A stretch of DNA of 64,000 nt from Somniosus microcephalus (taxonomy: Eukaryota). Shown piece after piece: positions 12,497 through 25,136 of this stretch. Under the pieces are notes generated by a model, which ran no database searches, had not been told where the DNA came from, and saw nothing but the letters and a program-made list of their open reading frames with translations. Numbering within the stretch: position 1 is the first letter of the stretch; every line of letters starts with the position of its first letter. Made by a program: the position numbers and the translations under genes. The stretch is from assembly GCA_052327205.1 (NCBI GenBank), contig CM126223.1, positions 18,910,001-18,974,000 of the forward strand, written 5' to 3'.

Positions 12497-13090
12497 CATA
12501 GGCATAGAGTCATAACGGCACAGAAGGAGGCCATTCGGACCATCGAGTCGGTGCCGGCTCTCTGTGGAACAATCCAGTCAGTCCCATTCCCCCGCTCTAT
12601 CCCCGGAGCCCTGCAAGTTTATTTCCCTCAAGTGCCTATCCAGTCTCCCCTTGAAAACATTGACTGTCTCCGCTTCCACCACTTCCGTCGGCAGCGAGTT
12701 CCAGGTCCTCACCACTCGCTGCGTAAAAAAGTTCTTCCTCACTTTCCCCCTGTATCTCTTGCCCAAAATCTTAAATCTGTGTCCCCTAGTCCTTGTACCA
12801 TCAACTAGTGGGAACAGCCTTTCCCTGTCTAGCCTATCCAAACCCGTCATAATCTTGTACACCTCTATTAAATCACCCCGCAACCTCCTTTGCTCTAATG
12901 AAAACAAATCCAGCTTCTCCAACCTGTCCTTGTAGCTGAGATCCCCCATCCCCGGAACCATTCTGGTAAATCTCCTCTGCACCCTCTCAAGGGCTTTTAC
13001 ATCCTTCCTAATGTGTGGTGACCAGAACTGGACGCAATACTCCAGTGTGGCCTAACCAGCGCTGTACAAACGTTCAGCATAACTTCTCTA
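12497..13090 (-). mobile_element. CR1 LINE 3' fragment
   Basis: ORF 12578..12982 encodes QRRFTRMVPG...RRLRGDLIEVYKI...FFTQRVVRTWNSLP, followed by the CR1 tail. Confidence 0.9.
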
Positions 13091-13452
13091 CTTTTGTAAA
13101 GAATGTTTTAATAATGCTTTTAAGAAAACAGGTATTTACTTACAGGTATCAGGGAGATGGGTGCGCCTGCTTCTCACTGCCCTGTCTGTCTACCCTTGGT
13201 GTGATGTTTGACACTCTTCACAGACCAGGAAGGTCTCAGTTTAGATCCCTGGTCTCCAATGACTTGGCTGGTGTCAGAGAGTGCAGAGGATCACTACAGT
13301 TGGTGCCAGCACCCCACCCTAAGAAGAAAAAACTAAAAGGGGACACATTTCCCAATCCTGATTACTATCCAAACACTCCTGTGGGAAGTGTACGTGTGTG
13401 GGCACTGACGAGGACAAGGTCAGCTCAGCTGTCATAGCATGCCAATACTTAT

Positions 13453-13753
13453 TGATATACCTATCAATTCGTCCAATAAAAAGCGATGAGTTAGGAACGT
13501 AACTAAAGGTTTTTATTGACTAAATAACAGAGCCCACCCTCGTGGGTGATCGGGTCCAACAAGGAGGAATACCAGCCAGTCGACTACCTTTATACCTGGG
13601 CAGGTAGGTGGAGCCATGGGCGGAGTCGGAGGTGGTCAGCCCAGGTATAACAGCGCGACAAGAGGCGACCTCGTATCGTGATACAACAGTGATAACGGTG
13701 ATAACAATACAACAGTGATAACTATAGTGTAACGATAAAAGTGGTTTACCACA
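13453..13753 (-). mobile_element. Solo LTR (Gypsy type) inserted in an old SINE spanning about 13215-13815
   Basis: TG...CA ends; TATA-like and AATAAA motifs on -. Flanks CTTAT and CTTAG form a 5-bp TSD with 1 mismatch. The host SINE resumes across the insertion and resembles the copy at 56150-56520. Confidence 0.65.
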
Positions 13754-13977
13754 CTTAGTATGTAGGTTAACACGAAGAATGGACACATGAACAAGGTACC
13801 ATTGGGCAGCCACCATCTATACCAAGACTTGGTGAAAATTAGGTGAAAAACTAAATCCATCATTCATAGAATGTTTCCTTTCATAACATGGCTTAACAGG
13901 GCTATGGAGCAAATTGCTGCAGGTTTCTCTTTCTCTCTTACACCTCCCAATGGCAAACTCCCAATTGCTAGCAGGAA

Positions 13978-14793
13978 CAGGGTTGACCTTACGGTTAGGC
14001 GACATGGGCAACCGCCCAGGGCGCCGTGGGCAATAGGGTCTGACATTAACGACGTCGACCTCTGCGAAGGACTTGGCTATCTCCAAAGTCTGCTTCCCTC
14101 GGACTGTGGTGCTCCTCAAGAAGAGCAAACTTCACGTTTAAAGAGCAAGTCCCCGAACACACGGATAGCACTCCGGATCCTGTTAACCATGCCGTGTCGG
14201 TGGCGAGCAGCGAACGGAGCTTCTCGAAGTTGAAGTTCATAAAAACATATTTGCGATAGACCATGGGAGACGACTGGCCATCCTGTCTATCAAGAATGAT
14301 GTGGCTCAAAATATCTTGGCGAACAAAGTTTTTTAATTGTTATTGTTATATAGGTTGAACATCCTGAATCCAGCAACCTCGAGACCGAGGCCGAGCCGGT
14401 TTTCCCGAACTTCGGAACGCGTTTCTGATGTCCGAAGTCTGGAAATATCGCAACCTGGGCTCGGGCGTTTCCGGACTTCGGAAATCAGAAACACGTTCCG
14501 CGTCCGGAAATGCCTGGGCCCAGGTTGCGGTTTGACAGGGCGTCCGGATTCCGGAACATTTTACGGACGACCCTGCCACCAATCGTCCTGGAGTCCGGGT
14601 TCCAGAACATTCCGGATTCCGAAACCCCGGATTTTGGATGCTCAAACTGTATATTAGTTTAGTGTTTAATTTATTTAAATTATAAAAACTTTTGCGATTA
14701 CAGTTCTATTTTTGAAACTTTCGCTAATTTTAAATTCAAATGAAAGACGCCAAAATTTGGCCCAGGGCGCCATTTTCCCCGAGGCTGGCCCTC
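13978..14793 (+). mobile_element. Non-autonomous hAT transposon with transposase C-terminal remnant
   Basis: Perfect 8-bp TSD AGCAGGAA (13970-13977 and 14794-14801). Degenerate TIRs CAGGGTTGACC...GGCTGGCCCTC. Remnant IALRILLTMP-SVASSERSFSKLKFIKTYLR*TM is the hAT dimerisation domain. Confidence 0.85.
14351..14649. mobile_element. Tigger/pogo-like MITE nested in the hAT element
   Basis: TA flanks; TIRs TAGGTTGAACATCC and GGATGCTCAAACTG; many internal TCCGGA/TCCGAA motifs. Confidence 0.75.
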
Positions 14794-14999
14794 AGCAGGA
14801 AGCCCTCAAAAGCTTACTGGGATCATCGTCTAGTTAGTCGAGTGGGTGGAAAACCCATCCCACCACACTTCCTGTGGTGTTGCCGTCACAGTGGGAAATG
14901 TTGGTTACCATGTAGAAGTCTCATTGATAGTGGACCCGTTATCTTTATATACTACCTACAATCAACATTAACATACAGTCCCATCATCATTACATTCTC

Positions 15000-15545
15000 T
15001 GCGGCACTATTCGAAGAAGGAAAGGAGAATTCTCCTGGTGTCCTCGCCAAAATCTATCCCTCAGCAAGCACCTAAAACAGATGATCTGTTGTTTCAGTCT
15101 AGTTTCAGGGAGTTTGCTATGAGTAATTGGCCTCTACATTTCCTACATTACAATAGTGATTACATTTCAAAAGTACTTCATTGGTTGTAAAGCGCTTTGG
15201 GACGACCGGGGAGTCCAGAACCAGGGCTCACAGTCTAAAGATAAGGGGTGAGCCATTTAGGACAGAGATGAGGAGGAATTTCTTCACCCAGAGAGTGGCG
15301 AACCTGTGGAATTCTCTACCACAGAAGGCAGTAGAGGCCAATTCATTAAATATATTCAAGAAGGAGTTAGATATATTTCTTAAGGCTAAAGGGATATGGG
15401 GAGAAGGCAGGGACAGGGTACTGAATTTGGATGATCAGCCATGATCTCATTGAATGGCGGAGCAGGCTCGAGGGGCCGAATGGCCTACTCCTGCTCCTAT
15501 CTTCTATGTTTCTATGTTTCTATGTCCTGAGGTCGTGAAAGTTCT
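15000..15545 (+). mobile_element. Deu-SINE 3' half interrupted by a CR1 3' fragment (15203-15525)
   Basis: The SINE segment aagcgctttgggac|...|cctgaggtcgtgaaag is split by a CR1 end (GESRTRAHSLKIRG..., tail (TTCTATGT)n) of the same family as 53700-54039. Confidence 0.8.
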
Positions 15546-15680
15546 AACAAATAGAGCATTAAATAAATCGATATGTACGAAAATATGTCAAGATAGGAAG
15601 CAGTAGAGTGCCATGGCTATTTAATAAAGCTTTCTCAGTAGAACAGTGCTATGTTAAAGTGCGCGATATTATTCCCCTAC

Positions 15681-15987
15681 CTGGTTTGAAAGAGTTGCCG
15701 TGGCTCTGACTTATCCCGAGGATTCCTCGTGGTCGAGCTACCTCCAGAGGTGGTGGAAACATCTGGTGAGGGGGGTCGAACAGCAGCACTGCGACTCCAC
15801 AGAGAAAGAACGGATGGTGTGGATAGTCTCCACTCCACTGGAGGCATGGGACTTTGGGATCTTGACAGAATGAGTGTGGTCTGCGGCTTGTTTGTCTGGT
15901 CTGTCCTTGATGGCAGGCGAGCCTTGATCTCGTGGACAGGGGTGGCGGACCTGTGTGGGCTGCCGAATCTGGACACCTGCTTGTGAG
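15681..15987 (-). CDS. GAS2L2: GAS2L2 coding exon 5
   Basis: Acceptor TTTTTGACAG|CT, phase 1. Encodes HKQVSRF...PVHEIK...TLILSRSQSPMPPVEW, resembling mammalian GAS2L2 ISRSQSPPPPVDW. Donor AG|GTAGGG, phase 2. Confidence 0.88.
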
Positions 15988-16389
15988 CTGTCAAAAATTC
16001 AACGGATGACGTGATTAGTCGATTATTGCAAATCTATCGGCGTTTGTGTGACTCAATAGCCGATCGACAGGAATTTCGTCGGGGATTCTCCCGTCGGGTG
16101 AACCGGCCTAAATCTTGTTCGCGCGGTTTGCACGCAGTTTCCACCGATCTTCCGCCAAGGTTACAGCAGCTGATCAGGGAGCTCTCCCCCTCCCTGAGGG
16201 AATCCTTGGCAATAGCGTCTGTGCTCATGTTTGTGTGTACTCTGTGTCTTCGAGTGACCGGGTGTGTGCCAGAGTTCCTGAAATTGTTGGGTATGCGTGG
16301 GCGGAATGTGACCGGGTCTGCTGTGGAACCAAATCATTGCGCTTAAATTATCTTAAATTTGTGCCCTTACATTACTGTCTCACTGATTA

Positions 16390-17084
16390 GAGGAAACAAT
16401 CTATTGTTATTTACCCCATCGTAACCCTTCATAATCTTGAAGACCTACATCAGCTCGTCCCTCAATCCTCTCAGCTCTGGTTTAAAAAAAAGTCCTAACT
16501 TTTCAAGTCTTTCTTCATAACTGTAATCCTTCATCCCTGGTAACATCCCACGTTCCCATTGCTTTTATATCCTTGCTACAATGGGGTTCCCAAAACTTCA
16601 CACAATACTCCAACTGCAGCCTAATTAAGTTCCTGTACAAGTTCAATATTATCTCCTTCCCTTTGCATTCAGTGCCTATAGATATCAAACCAATCTGTGC
16701 GTCTACACTCCAGAGTTCCTCTGGCCCTCTGCTCCTTTTAAAATCTCACCATTTAAGCTGCACTTCCTTCCCCTCTTCTTACTTCCACATTTCTCTGCAT
16801 TGGACTGTGTCTGCCAACTCTCTCTCCATCCTGCCAACCTATGCCCTCCTACACCCTTTCACAGTCTTGTTCACAATTTGTCATACCCAGAATTTAGTGT
16901 TATCACCAAATTTCAGCATTGTTCCCAATTGCCATCTCCAGATTACTGATATGTATATGTATATAAATAAAATCAATAACAGTGGCTCAACACAGGCCCC
17001 TGTAGAACACCAAGCACAGTATCTATCCAGTCTGAGAAACTTGCCTTCAACCCAAATCCTTTGCTCTCTACTCTCTAACCCATC
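16390..17084 (-). mobile_element. Old degraded CR1 RT remnant, continuing at 22121-22320 after the younger CR1 insertion
   Basis: Reverse-complement CR1 motifs such as cacacaatactccaactg (LEYCV) and aatcttgaagacctac. Confidence 0.55.
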
Positions 17085-20000
17085 TTTAAACTAATTAGTG
17101 GGGGGGAGGTTTCTAGAGAGCAAATAATAGAAATGACAACAGAGAAGGTCATAGACTTAGGTAGCAGTGGGGGAATTAAAAAACAGAATGTGTCAGGAAG
17201 GGACAGAAGGTATGGAGTAAAAAGTAAAGTACTAAAAAGGGAAAAAACAGGAACTAAGTGTTACAAAACATATTTGAAAGTTCTTTATCTGAATGCACGT
17301 AGCATTCGTAACAAAATGAATGAGTTAACGGCACAAATAATGACATATGGGTATGATCTTGTGGCCATTACAGAAACATGGCTGCAGGGTGACCATGACT
17401 GGGAATTAAACATACCAGGTTATTTAACAATCAGGAAGGACAGGCAGGAAGGGAGAGGAGGTGGGGTGGCTATGTTAATAAAGGAAGGAATCACTATAAT
17501 ACAGAGAAATGATATTGGGTCAAAGGAGCAGGATAGTGAAACAGTTTGGGTGGAGGTAAGGAATAATAAGGGGAAAAAAACACTAGTGGGTGTAGTCTAT
17601 AGGCCTCCAAACAGTTGCAACTCTGTTGGACGGAGTATTAATCAGGAAATAGTTGAGGCTTGTAATAAGGGAACAGCTATAATTATGGGGGATTTTAATT
17701 ATCATATTAACTGGACAAATCAAATTGGGCAGAGCAGCCTTGAGGAAGAGTTCATTGACATTCATTAACATACAGGGTGGATAAAGGGGAACCAGTGGAC
17801 GTAGTGTATTTAGACTTCCAAAAGGCATTTGACAAGGTGCCACACAAAAGATTATTGCTCAAGATAAAAAATCACGGGATTGGGGGTAATATTCTGGCGT
17901 GGGTGGAGGATTGGCTCTCTAACAGAAAGCAGAGAGTTGGGATAAATGGTTCGTTCTCAGATTGGCAACCAATAACTAGTGGTGTTCCGCAGGGGTCAGT
18001 GCTGGGTCCCCAACTCTTTACAATCTATATTAACGATTTAGAGGAGGGGACCGAGTGTAACATATCAAAGTTTGCAGATGATACAAAGATGGGAGGGAAT
18101 GTAGTGAGTGAGGAGGACATAAAAAACCTGCAAAGGGACATAGACAGGCTAAGTAAGTGGGCAGAGATTTGGCAGATGGAATACAATACTGGAAAGTGTG
18201 AGGTTATGCACTTTGGCAGGAAAAATCATAGAGCAAGTTATTATCTTAATGGCAAGAAACTGGAAAGTACTGTAGTACAAAGGGATCTGGGGGTCCTGGT
18301 GCACGAAACACAAAAAGTTAGTATGCAGGTACAGCAAGTGATTAAGAAGGCCAATGGAATGTTGGCTTTTATTGCTAGGGGGTTGGAATATAAAAACAGG
18401 GAGGTATTACTGCAGTTGTACAAGGTATTGGTGAGGCCGCACCTGGAATACTGCATACAGTTTTGGTGTCCATACTTAAGAAAAGACATACTTGCTCTCG
18501 AGTCAGTACAAAGAAGGTTCACTCGGTTAATCCCGGGGATGAGGGGGTGGTCATATGAGGAGAGGTTGAGTAGATTGGGACTCTACTCATTGGAGTTCAG
18601 AAGAATGAGAGGCGATCTTATTGAAACATATAAGATTGTGAAGGGGCTTGATCGGGTGGATGCGGTGAGGATGTTCCCAATGATGGGTGAAACTAGAACT
18701 AGGGGGCATAATCTTAAAATAAGGGGCTGCTCATTCAAAACTGAGATGAGGAGAAACTTCTTCACTCAGAGGGTGGTAGGTTTGTGGAATTTGCTGCCCC
18801 AGAAAGCTGTGGAAGCTACATCATTAAATAAATTTAAAACAAAAATAGATAGTTTCCTAGAAGTAAAGGGAATAAAGGGTTACGGGGAGCGGGCAGGAAA
18901 TTGGACATGAGTCTGGGTTCGGAATGGTCATGGCCCTGTGGGTAGTGGAGCGGGCCCAGGGGCCGTGTAGCCTTGTTCTGCTCCTACTGTGTTCTAATTC
19001 TGTTAGATTTCAGGAGATGGTTTTATTCCTGTTCCTGGCTGGGGTGGAGATCGCCTTTACAGAAGGTAAGTACTGTAGAAAATATAGGGACAGAGTGATC
19101 TCCTGGAAGAATTTCGATCGCCTAGATGGGTCGGAGAGGAATTTCCCAGATTTTTTTCTCCCAAATTGGCCATTGGGTCTTTATCTGGTTTTTCGCCTCT
19201 CCCGGGAGATCACATGGGTTCGGGTGGATGCAGAGTGATAGAAGATTTGAGGTTAGGATCAGATCAGCCATGATCTTATTGAATGGTGGAGCAGGCTCGA
19301 GGGGCCGATTGGCCTACTCTTGCTCCTATTTCTTATGTTCTTATGTTCTTATGAGTGTATTAGGGATGGGTTTCTTGAGCAGTATGTAACTGAACCGACC
19401 AGGGGGCAAGCAACCTTAGATTTGGTCCTGTGTAATGAGACAGGATTAATTAAAAATGTCCTAGTAAAGGATCCCCTTGGAATGAGTGACCATAACATGG
19501 TTGAGTTCCATATTCAATTAGAGGGTGAGAAGGTTGGATCTCAAACAAGCGTGCTGAGCTTGAATAAAGGAGACTATGAAGGTATGAGAGCGGAATTAAT
19601 TAGAGTGGACTGGGAAAATAGATTAAAGGGTAAGACGGTACATGACCAGTGGTGTACATTTAAGGAGTTATTTTACAACTTCCAAAAAAAATATATTCCA
19701 CTGAGGAAAAAAGGGTGTAAAAGAAAAGATAGCCATCCGTGGCTAAGTAAAGTAATTAAGGATAGTATCCGACTAAAAACAAGGGCATATAAGGTAGCCA
19801 AATCTAGTGGGAGGATGGAAGATTGGGAAGTCTTTAAAAGACAGCAAAAAATAACAAAAAGATTGATTAAGAAAGGGAAGGTAGATTATGAAAGTAAATT
19901 AGCAAAAAATATAAAAACAGACAGTAAAAGTTTCTATAGTTATATAAAAAGAAAAAGGGTGGCTAAAGTAAATGTTGGTCCCTTAGAGGATGAGACCGGG

Positions 20001-22120
20001 AAATTAATGGTGGGAAACATGGAGATGGCAAAAACACTGAACAATTATTTTGTATCAGTCTTTACAGTAGAGGACACTAAGAATATCCCAACACTGGACA
20101 AACAGGGGGCTCTAGGGGGGGAGGAACTAAATACAATTAAAATCACTAAGGAAGTGGTACTTGGTAAAATAATGGGACTCAAGGCGGATAAATCCCCTGG
20201 ACCTGATGGCTTGCATCCCAGGGTCTTGAGGGAAGTAGCGGTAGGGATTGTGGATGCATTGGTAATAATTTTCCAAAACTCACTGGACTCAGCAAAGGTC
20301 CCGGCAGATTGGAAAACTGCTAATGTAACACCCTTATTTAAAAAGGGTAGTAGGCAGAAGGCTGGAAACTATAGACCTGTTAGCCTAACATCTGTGGTTG
20401 GTAAAATGTTAGAGTCCATTATTAAGGAGACAGTAACGGGACATTTGGATAAACATAATTTAATAGGGCAAACTCAGCATGGTTTCATGAAGGGGAAGTC
20501 ATGTTTAACAAATTTGCTTGAGTTTTTTGAGGAAGTAACATACAGGGTGGATAAAGGGGAACCAGTGGACGTAGTGTATTTAGACTTCCAAAAGGCATTT
20601 GACAAGGTGCCACACAAAAGATTATTGCTCAAGATAAAAAATCACGGGATTGGGGGTAATATTCTGGCGTGGGTGGAGGATTGGCTCTCTAACAGAAAGC
20701 AGAGAGTTGGGATAAATGGTTCGTTCTCAGATTGGCAACCAGTAACTAGTGGTGTTCCGCAGGGGTCAGTGCTGGGTCCCCAACTCTTTACAATCTATAT
20801 TAACGATTTGGAGGAGGGGACCGAGTGTAACATATCAAAGTTTGCAGATGATACAAAGATGGGAGGGAAAGTAGTGAGTGAGGAGGACATAAAAAACCTG
20901 CAAAGGGACATAGACAGGCTAAGTAAGTGGGCAGAGATTTGGCAGATGGAATACAATACTGGAAAGTGTGAGGTTATGCACTTTGGCAGGAAAAATCATA
21001 GAGCAAGTTATTATCTTAATGGCAAGAAACTGGAAAGTACTGTAGTACAAAGGGATCTGGGGGTCCTGGTGCACGAAACTCAAAAAGTTAGTATGCAGGT
21101 GCAGCAAGTGATTAAGAAGGCCAATGGAATGTTGGCTTTTATTGCTAGGGGGTTGGAATATAAAAACAGGGAGGTATTGCTGCAGTTGTACAAGGTATTG
21201 GTGAGGCCGCACCTGGAATACTGCATACAGTTTTGGTGTCCATACTTAAGAAAAGACATACTTGCTCTCGAGTCAGTACAAAGAAGGTTCACTCGGTTAA
21301 TCCCGGGGATGAGGGGGTGGTCATATGAGGAGAGGTTGAGTAGATTGGGACTCTACTCATTGGAGTTCAGAAGAATGAGAGGCGATCTTATTGAAACATA
21401 TAAGATTGTGAAGGGGCTTGATCGGGTGGATGCGGTGAGGATGTTCCCAATGATGGGTGAAACTAGAACTAGGGGGCATAATCTTAAAATAAGGGGCTGC
21501 TCATTCAAAACTGAGATGAGGAGAAACTTCTTCACTCAGAGGGTGGTAGGTTTGTGGAATTTGCTGCCCCAGAAAGCTGTGGAAGCTACATCATTAAATA
21601 AATTTAAAACAGAAATAGATAGTTTCCTAGAAGTAAAGGGAATAAAGGGTTACAGGGAGCGGGCAGGAAATTGGACATGAGTCTGGGTTCGGAATGGTCA
21701 TGGCCCTGTGGGTAGTGGAGCGGGCCCAGGGGCCGTGTAGCCTTGTTCTGCTCCTACTGTGTTCTAATTCTGTTAGATTTCAGGAGATGGTTTTATTCCT
21801 GTTCCTGGCTGGGGTGGAGATCGCCTTTACAGAAGGTAAGTACTGTAGAAAATATAGGGACAGAGTGATCTCCTGGAAGAATTTCGATCGCCTAGATGGG
21901 TCGGAGAGGAATTTCCCAGATTTTTTTCTCCCAAATTGGCCATTGGGTCTTTATCTGGTTTTTCGCCTCTCCCGGGAGATCACATGGGTTCGGGTGGATG
22001 CAGAGTGATAGAAGATTTGAGGTTAGGATCAGATCAGCCATGATCTTATTGAATGGTGGAGCAGGCTCGAGGGGCCGATTGGCCTACTCTTGCTCCTATT
22101 TCTTATGTTCTTATGTTCTT
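17085..22120 (+). mobile_element. Young CR1 LINE (whole ORF2, truncated at the ORF1 stop), antisense to the gene and interrupted by a nested copy
   Basis: EN part 17133-17756 (YLNARS, ITETWL, YRPP, GDFN) joins ECIRDGF... from 19353 to 21680 (PQGSVLGP, FADD). The joined ORF is 983 aa with no stops. Tail (ATGTTCTT)n. Confidence 0.92.
17766..19352 (+). mobile_element. 5'-truncated CR1 nested in the endonuclease region of the same family
   Basis: About 1.6 kb nearly identical to 20537-22120 (4 amino-acid differences visible), with its own tail. Confidence 0.9.
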
Positions 22121-22639
22121 ATCTCCCTATCCTCCTTAATTCCATGTTCCATTATCTTTGTAATAAATCTCTTAAGTAGTAACATATCAAATGCTTTTTT
22201 GTAAATTAATATAAACCACATCCAATGCATTGCCCTTATCTGTTATTTAGAGAGTTCTAGAAGGCTGGTTCAGCGCAGCCTGCCTTTTAGAAATCCATGC
22301 TGACTAGATCTGATTAGCGGGTGGTAAAATTCAATTATGCCGGGGCACAAAACAGGCAGTAGCGGATTGACCCCCCCCCCCCCCCCCATTATACACCCCA
22401 CCTGATCTCCCTTTCTATTGGCTGTTTAACAGGCTGAACTGCTACTGGCCCAATATTGAATATTATCTGCCCCCACACCCCTCATTCAGTCTGATGCTGG
22501 CTGTAAGAGGGCTAATGCCTGAAGAAGGGTGAAAGGTGAAGTGTGAAAGGTGATAGGGTTACTGAACAAAGTATTTACAGGTCACAACTAGACCAAATAA
22601 GATGGATCTTTCAATTATCTCCCTTAGACTAGTCTTTTT

Positions 22640-22840
22640 TCTAAATTCATTCTCGGGCTGTGGGCGTCGTTGGCAAGTCCGGCATTTATTGCCCATCCCT
22701 AATTGCCCTTGAGAAGGTGGTGGTGAGCCGCCTTCTTGAACCGCTGCAGTCCGTGTGGTGAAGGTACTCCCACAGTGCGGTTAGGGAGGGAGATCCAGGA
22801 TTTTGACCCAGCGACGATGAAGGATCGGCCGATATATGTC
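22640..22840 (-). mobile_element. 3' fragment of the CR1-clade family seen at 26465-29305
   Basis: ggcatttattgcccatccctaattgcccttgagaaggtggtggtgagccgccttcttgaaccgctgcag matches 26515-26590. Confidence 0.8.
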
Positions 22841-23013
22841 TCTGGGCAGTTTTTTGAGTGGACTGACTAAGAATTTCTAAAGTGTCGACTGCTCACCAAA
22901 ACGATTGGATTTTGAAATAGAAGACGGTTTTATGCATTTATTGCTGCATCTCAGTCCTCCCTTCCCCCTACCCCTTATCTTTAGTCAGCAGCTCCTGACC
23001 GACTGGCACTTAC

Positions 23014-23110
23014 TGAGCGAGGTGCAGCGGCAGGGGTCGTGTTTGTCGAGGTAATGCTCCAGGGTGTCCCATCCCCCACCCACTCGCACCATCACATGAT
23101 TCCGCAAAAT
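23014..23110 (-). CDS. GAS2L2: GAS2L2 coding exon 4 (second half of GAR domain)
   Basis: Not in the ORF track; translated by hand. Acceptor TTTGTAG|ATT. Encodes [32 protein letters not shown], which contains the GAR signature VMVRVGGGW. Donor A|GTAAGT, phase 1, 97 nt. Confidence 0.95.
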
Positions 23111-23595
23111 CTACAAAACAAAAAGGCAGAAAGAAAATCAGGAGTGAGGCCTGAGGATAATTATTGCTCGTCTTTAATAATAAGCAAAAAAATATTTTAG
23201 ATTTTTAACTTCATCATTTCTAGAACAAAACATTTTTAGTGCCTGATATCAATTTGTGTCAAACTCTCCATCGGAGTCGGACACAGAATTTCAGCATCAA
23301 AATATGGAACCGTTTTGGATATACAAATAAAATCTGTCACTCACTTTGATGGCGATAACTGCGACTGTGTTAAAGGAGTGATCCTGTGATCTAGCCCTTG
23401 TACTCTCCACGGAGGCACATTAACCCTAACCAAAGCCTTCCTGCAACAGTGAGGCTGGGGCATAGGATTGACAATGGTAAAGTCCCATCTGCAGATGTAT
23501 GTCACAGCGTGTGTGTAAATGGTTCACACAAAGGCGGTTCGCTATCCTTTAACATCTACCTCACCCAGTCCTTACAGTTCCTCAGCACCAAGAAT

Positions 23596-23795
23596 GTAGG
23601 GCTGGAGAAGGTTACAGAGATAGGGAGAGGCAAGGCCATGGAGGGATTCGAAAACAAAGATCAGATTTTTAAAGTGGAGGTGGTTTTCGGACCGGGAGCC
23701 AATGTAGGTCAGCGAGCACAGGGGGTGATGGTTAAAGGGGACTTGGTGCGAGTCAGGATATGAACAGCAAAGTTTTGGATGAGATCAAGTTCAAG
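23596..23795 (-). mobile_element. L2 LINE fragment
   Basis: ggttacagagatagggag is the reverse complement of the PPYL motif at 59190; followed by an upstream L2 coding remnant. Confidence 0.6.
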
Positions 23796-23869
23796 TACGG
23801 AGGGTAAATTATATGAAGAAACCAGCACTCCATATAAAGACCATCGTGATTCGATGCATGTCAAGAGTT

Positions 23870-24680
23870 CGGTAGCGTCGTGGTTATTTTACTGGACTAA
23901 GTAATTCAGAGAAAGTCAGTTCAAATCCAACCATGGCAGTTTGAGAATTTGAATTCATAAGAACATAAGAACATAAGAAATAGGAGCAGGAGTAGGCCAA
24001 TCGGCCCCTCGAGCCTGCTCCGCCATTCAATAAGATCATGGCTGATCTGATCCTAACCGCCAATCTACTATCACAGAACCATCTCCTGAATCTAACAGAA
24101 TTAGACACACGAAATAGGAGCAGGATCAGGCTACACGGCCCCTGGGCCCGCTCCGCTACCCACAGGGCCATGTCCGATCCGAACCTAGACTCATGTCCAA
24201 ATTCCTGCCCGCTCCCCGTAACCCTTAATTCCCTTTACTTCTAGGAAACTGTCTATTTCTGTTTTAAATTTATGTAATGATGTAGCTTCTACAGCTTTTT
24301 GGGGCAGCATATTCCATGGACCTACCACCCTCTGAGTGAAGTAGTTCCTCCTCATCTCAGTTTTTAAATATTTGGAAATAAAAAGCTGGAATCAGTAAAA
24401 GTGACAATGAACTTGTTGGATTGTCATAAAAGCCCATCTGGTTCATTAATGTTCTTTAGGGAAGGAAACTTGTCCTTACCCGGTCTGGCCTATATGTGAC
24501 TCCAGTCCCACTAAACGTGGTTGACGCTTAACTGCCCTCTGAATTGGCCTGACAAGCCACTCAGTTGTATCAAAAAGAAATGCTACCCAGAAGCAAGCCC
24601 ACCACCACCTGCTCAGGACAATCAGGGATGGGCAATGAATGCCGGCTTTTGCCAGCGACGCCCACATCCCGAGAATTAAA
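23870..24680 (+). mobile_element. tRNA-derived SINE with a CR1-type tail, split by a CR1 3' fragment on - (23957-24365)
   Basis: Head with B-box-like gttcaaatcc; body ...cccatctggttcattaatgttctttagggaaggaa...; tail gggatgggcaatgaatgccggctttgccagcgacgcccacatccc is shared with the LINE at 26465. The insert has a (CATAAGAA)n tail and matches the family at 17085-22120. Confidence 0.7.
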
Positions 24681-24801
24681 TTGGGATCTTCCACCAATCC
24701 CAATGGATCTTTCTCCAAACAGATGCACAGAAAACACAAGAGTTATAAAGCATGAACTAGCCTCTACTCCAGGGATGCCAATGCATTCCTCAAATAGTTT
24801 A

Positions 24802-25136
24802 CAGGAAACTCTCGATTTACCGACACCTAAATAACCGGAAATCTCGGTTAACCGGCAAAATTCAGGAGTAGGTTCAGGTAAGTTTTACTTCATATTAGTG
24901 GCCGTTCCTCGATCTGTGGCTGTGCAATCGGGGTTCCTGCACATGTTGCTAAGCAACAGGGATGCTTGGTCTGTGGCTGGGGTCCCTGCACATGTTGCTA
25001 AGCAACAGGGAAGCCTGGATTTGTTGCTGTGTATGGAGCTCTCGTACCTTTTAACTATAACTCTCTGTAATCCGGACTTTTTGATAAACCGGCACCACGC
25101 CGGTCCCGTCAGTGCCAGATAAAAAAGAGTTTCTTG
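24802..25136. mobile_element. Tigger/pogo-like MITE
   Basis: TA|CAGGAAACTCTC...GAGTTTCTTG|TA. Same family as 62917-63210, in the opposite orientation. Confidence 0.8.
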
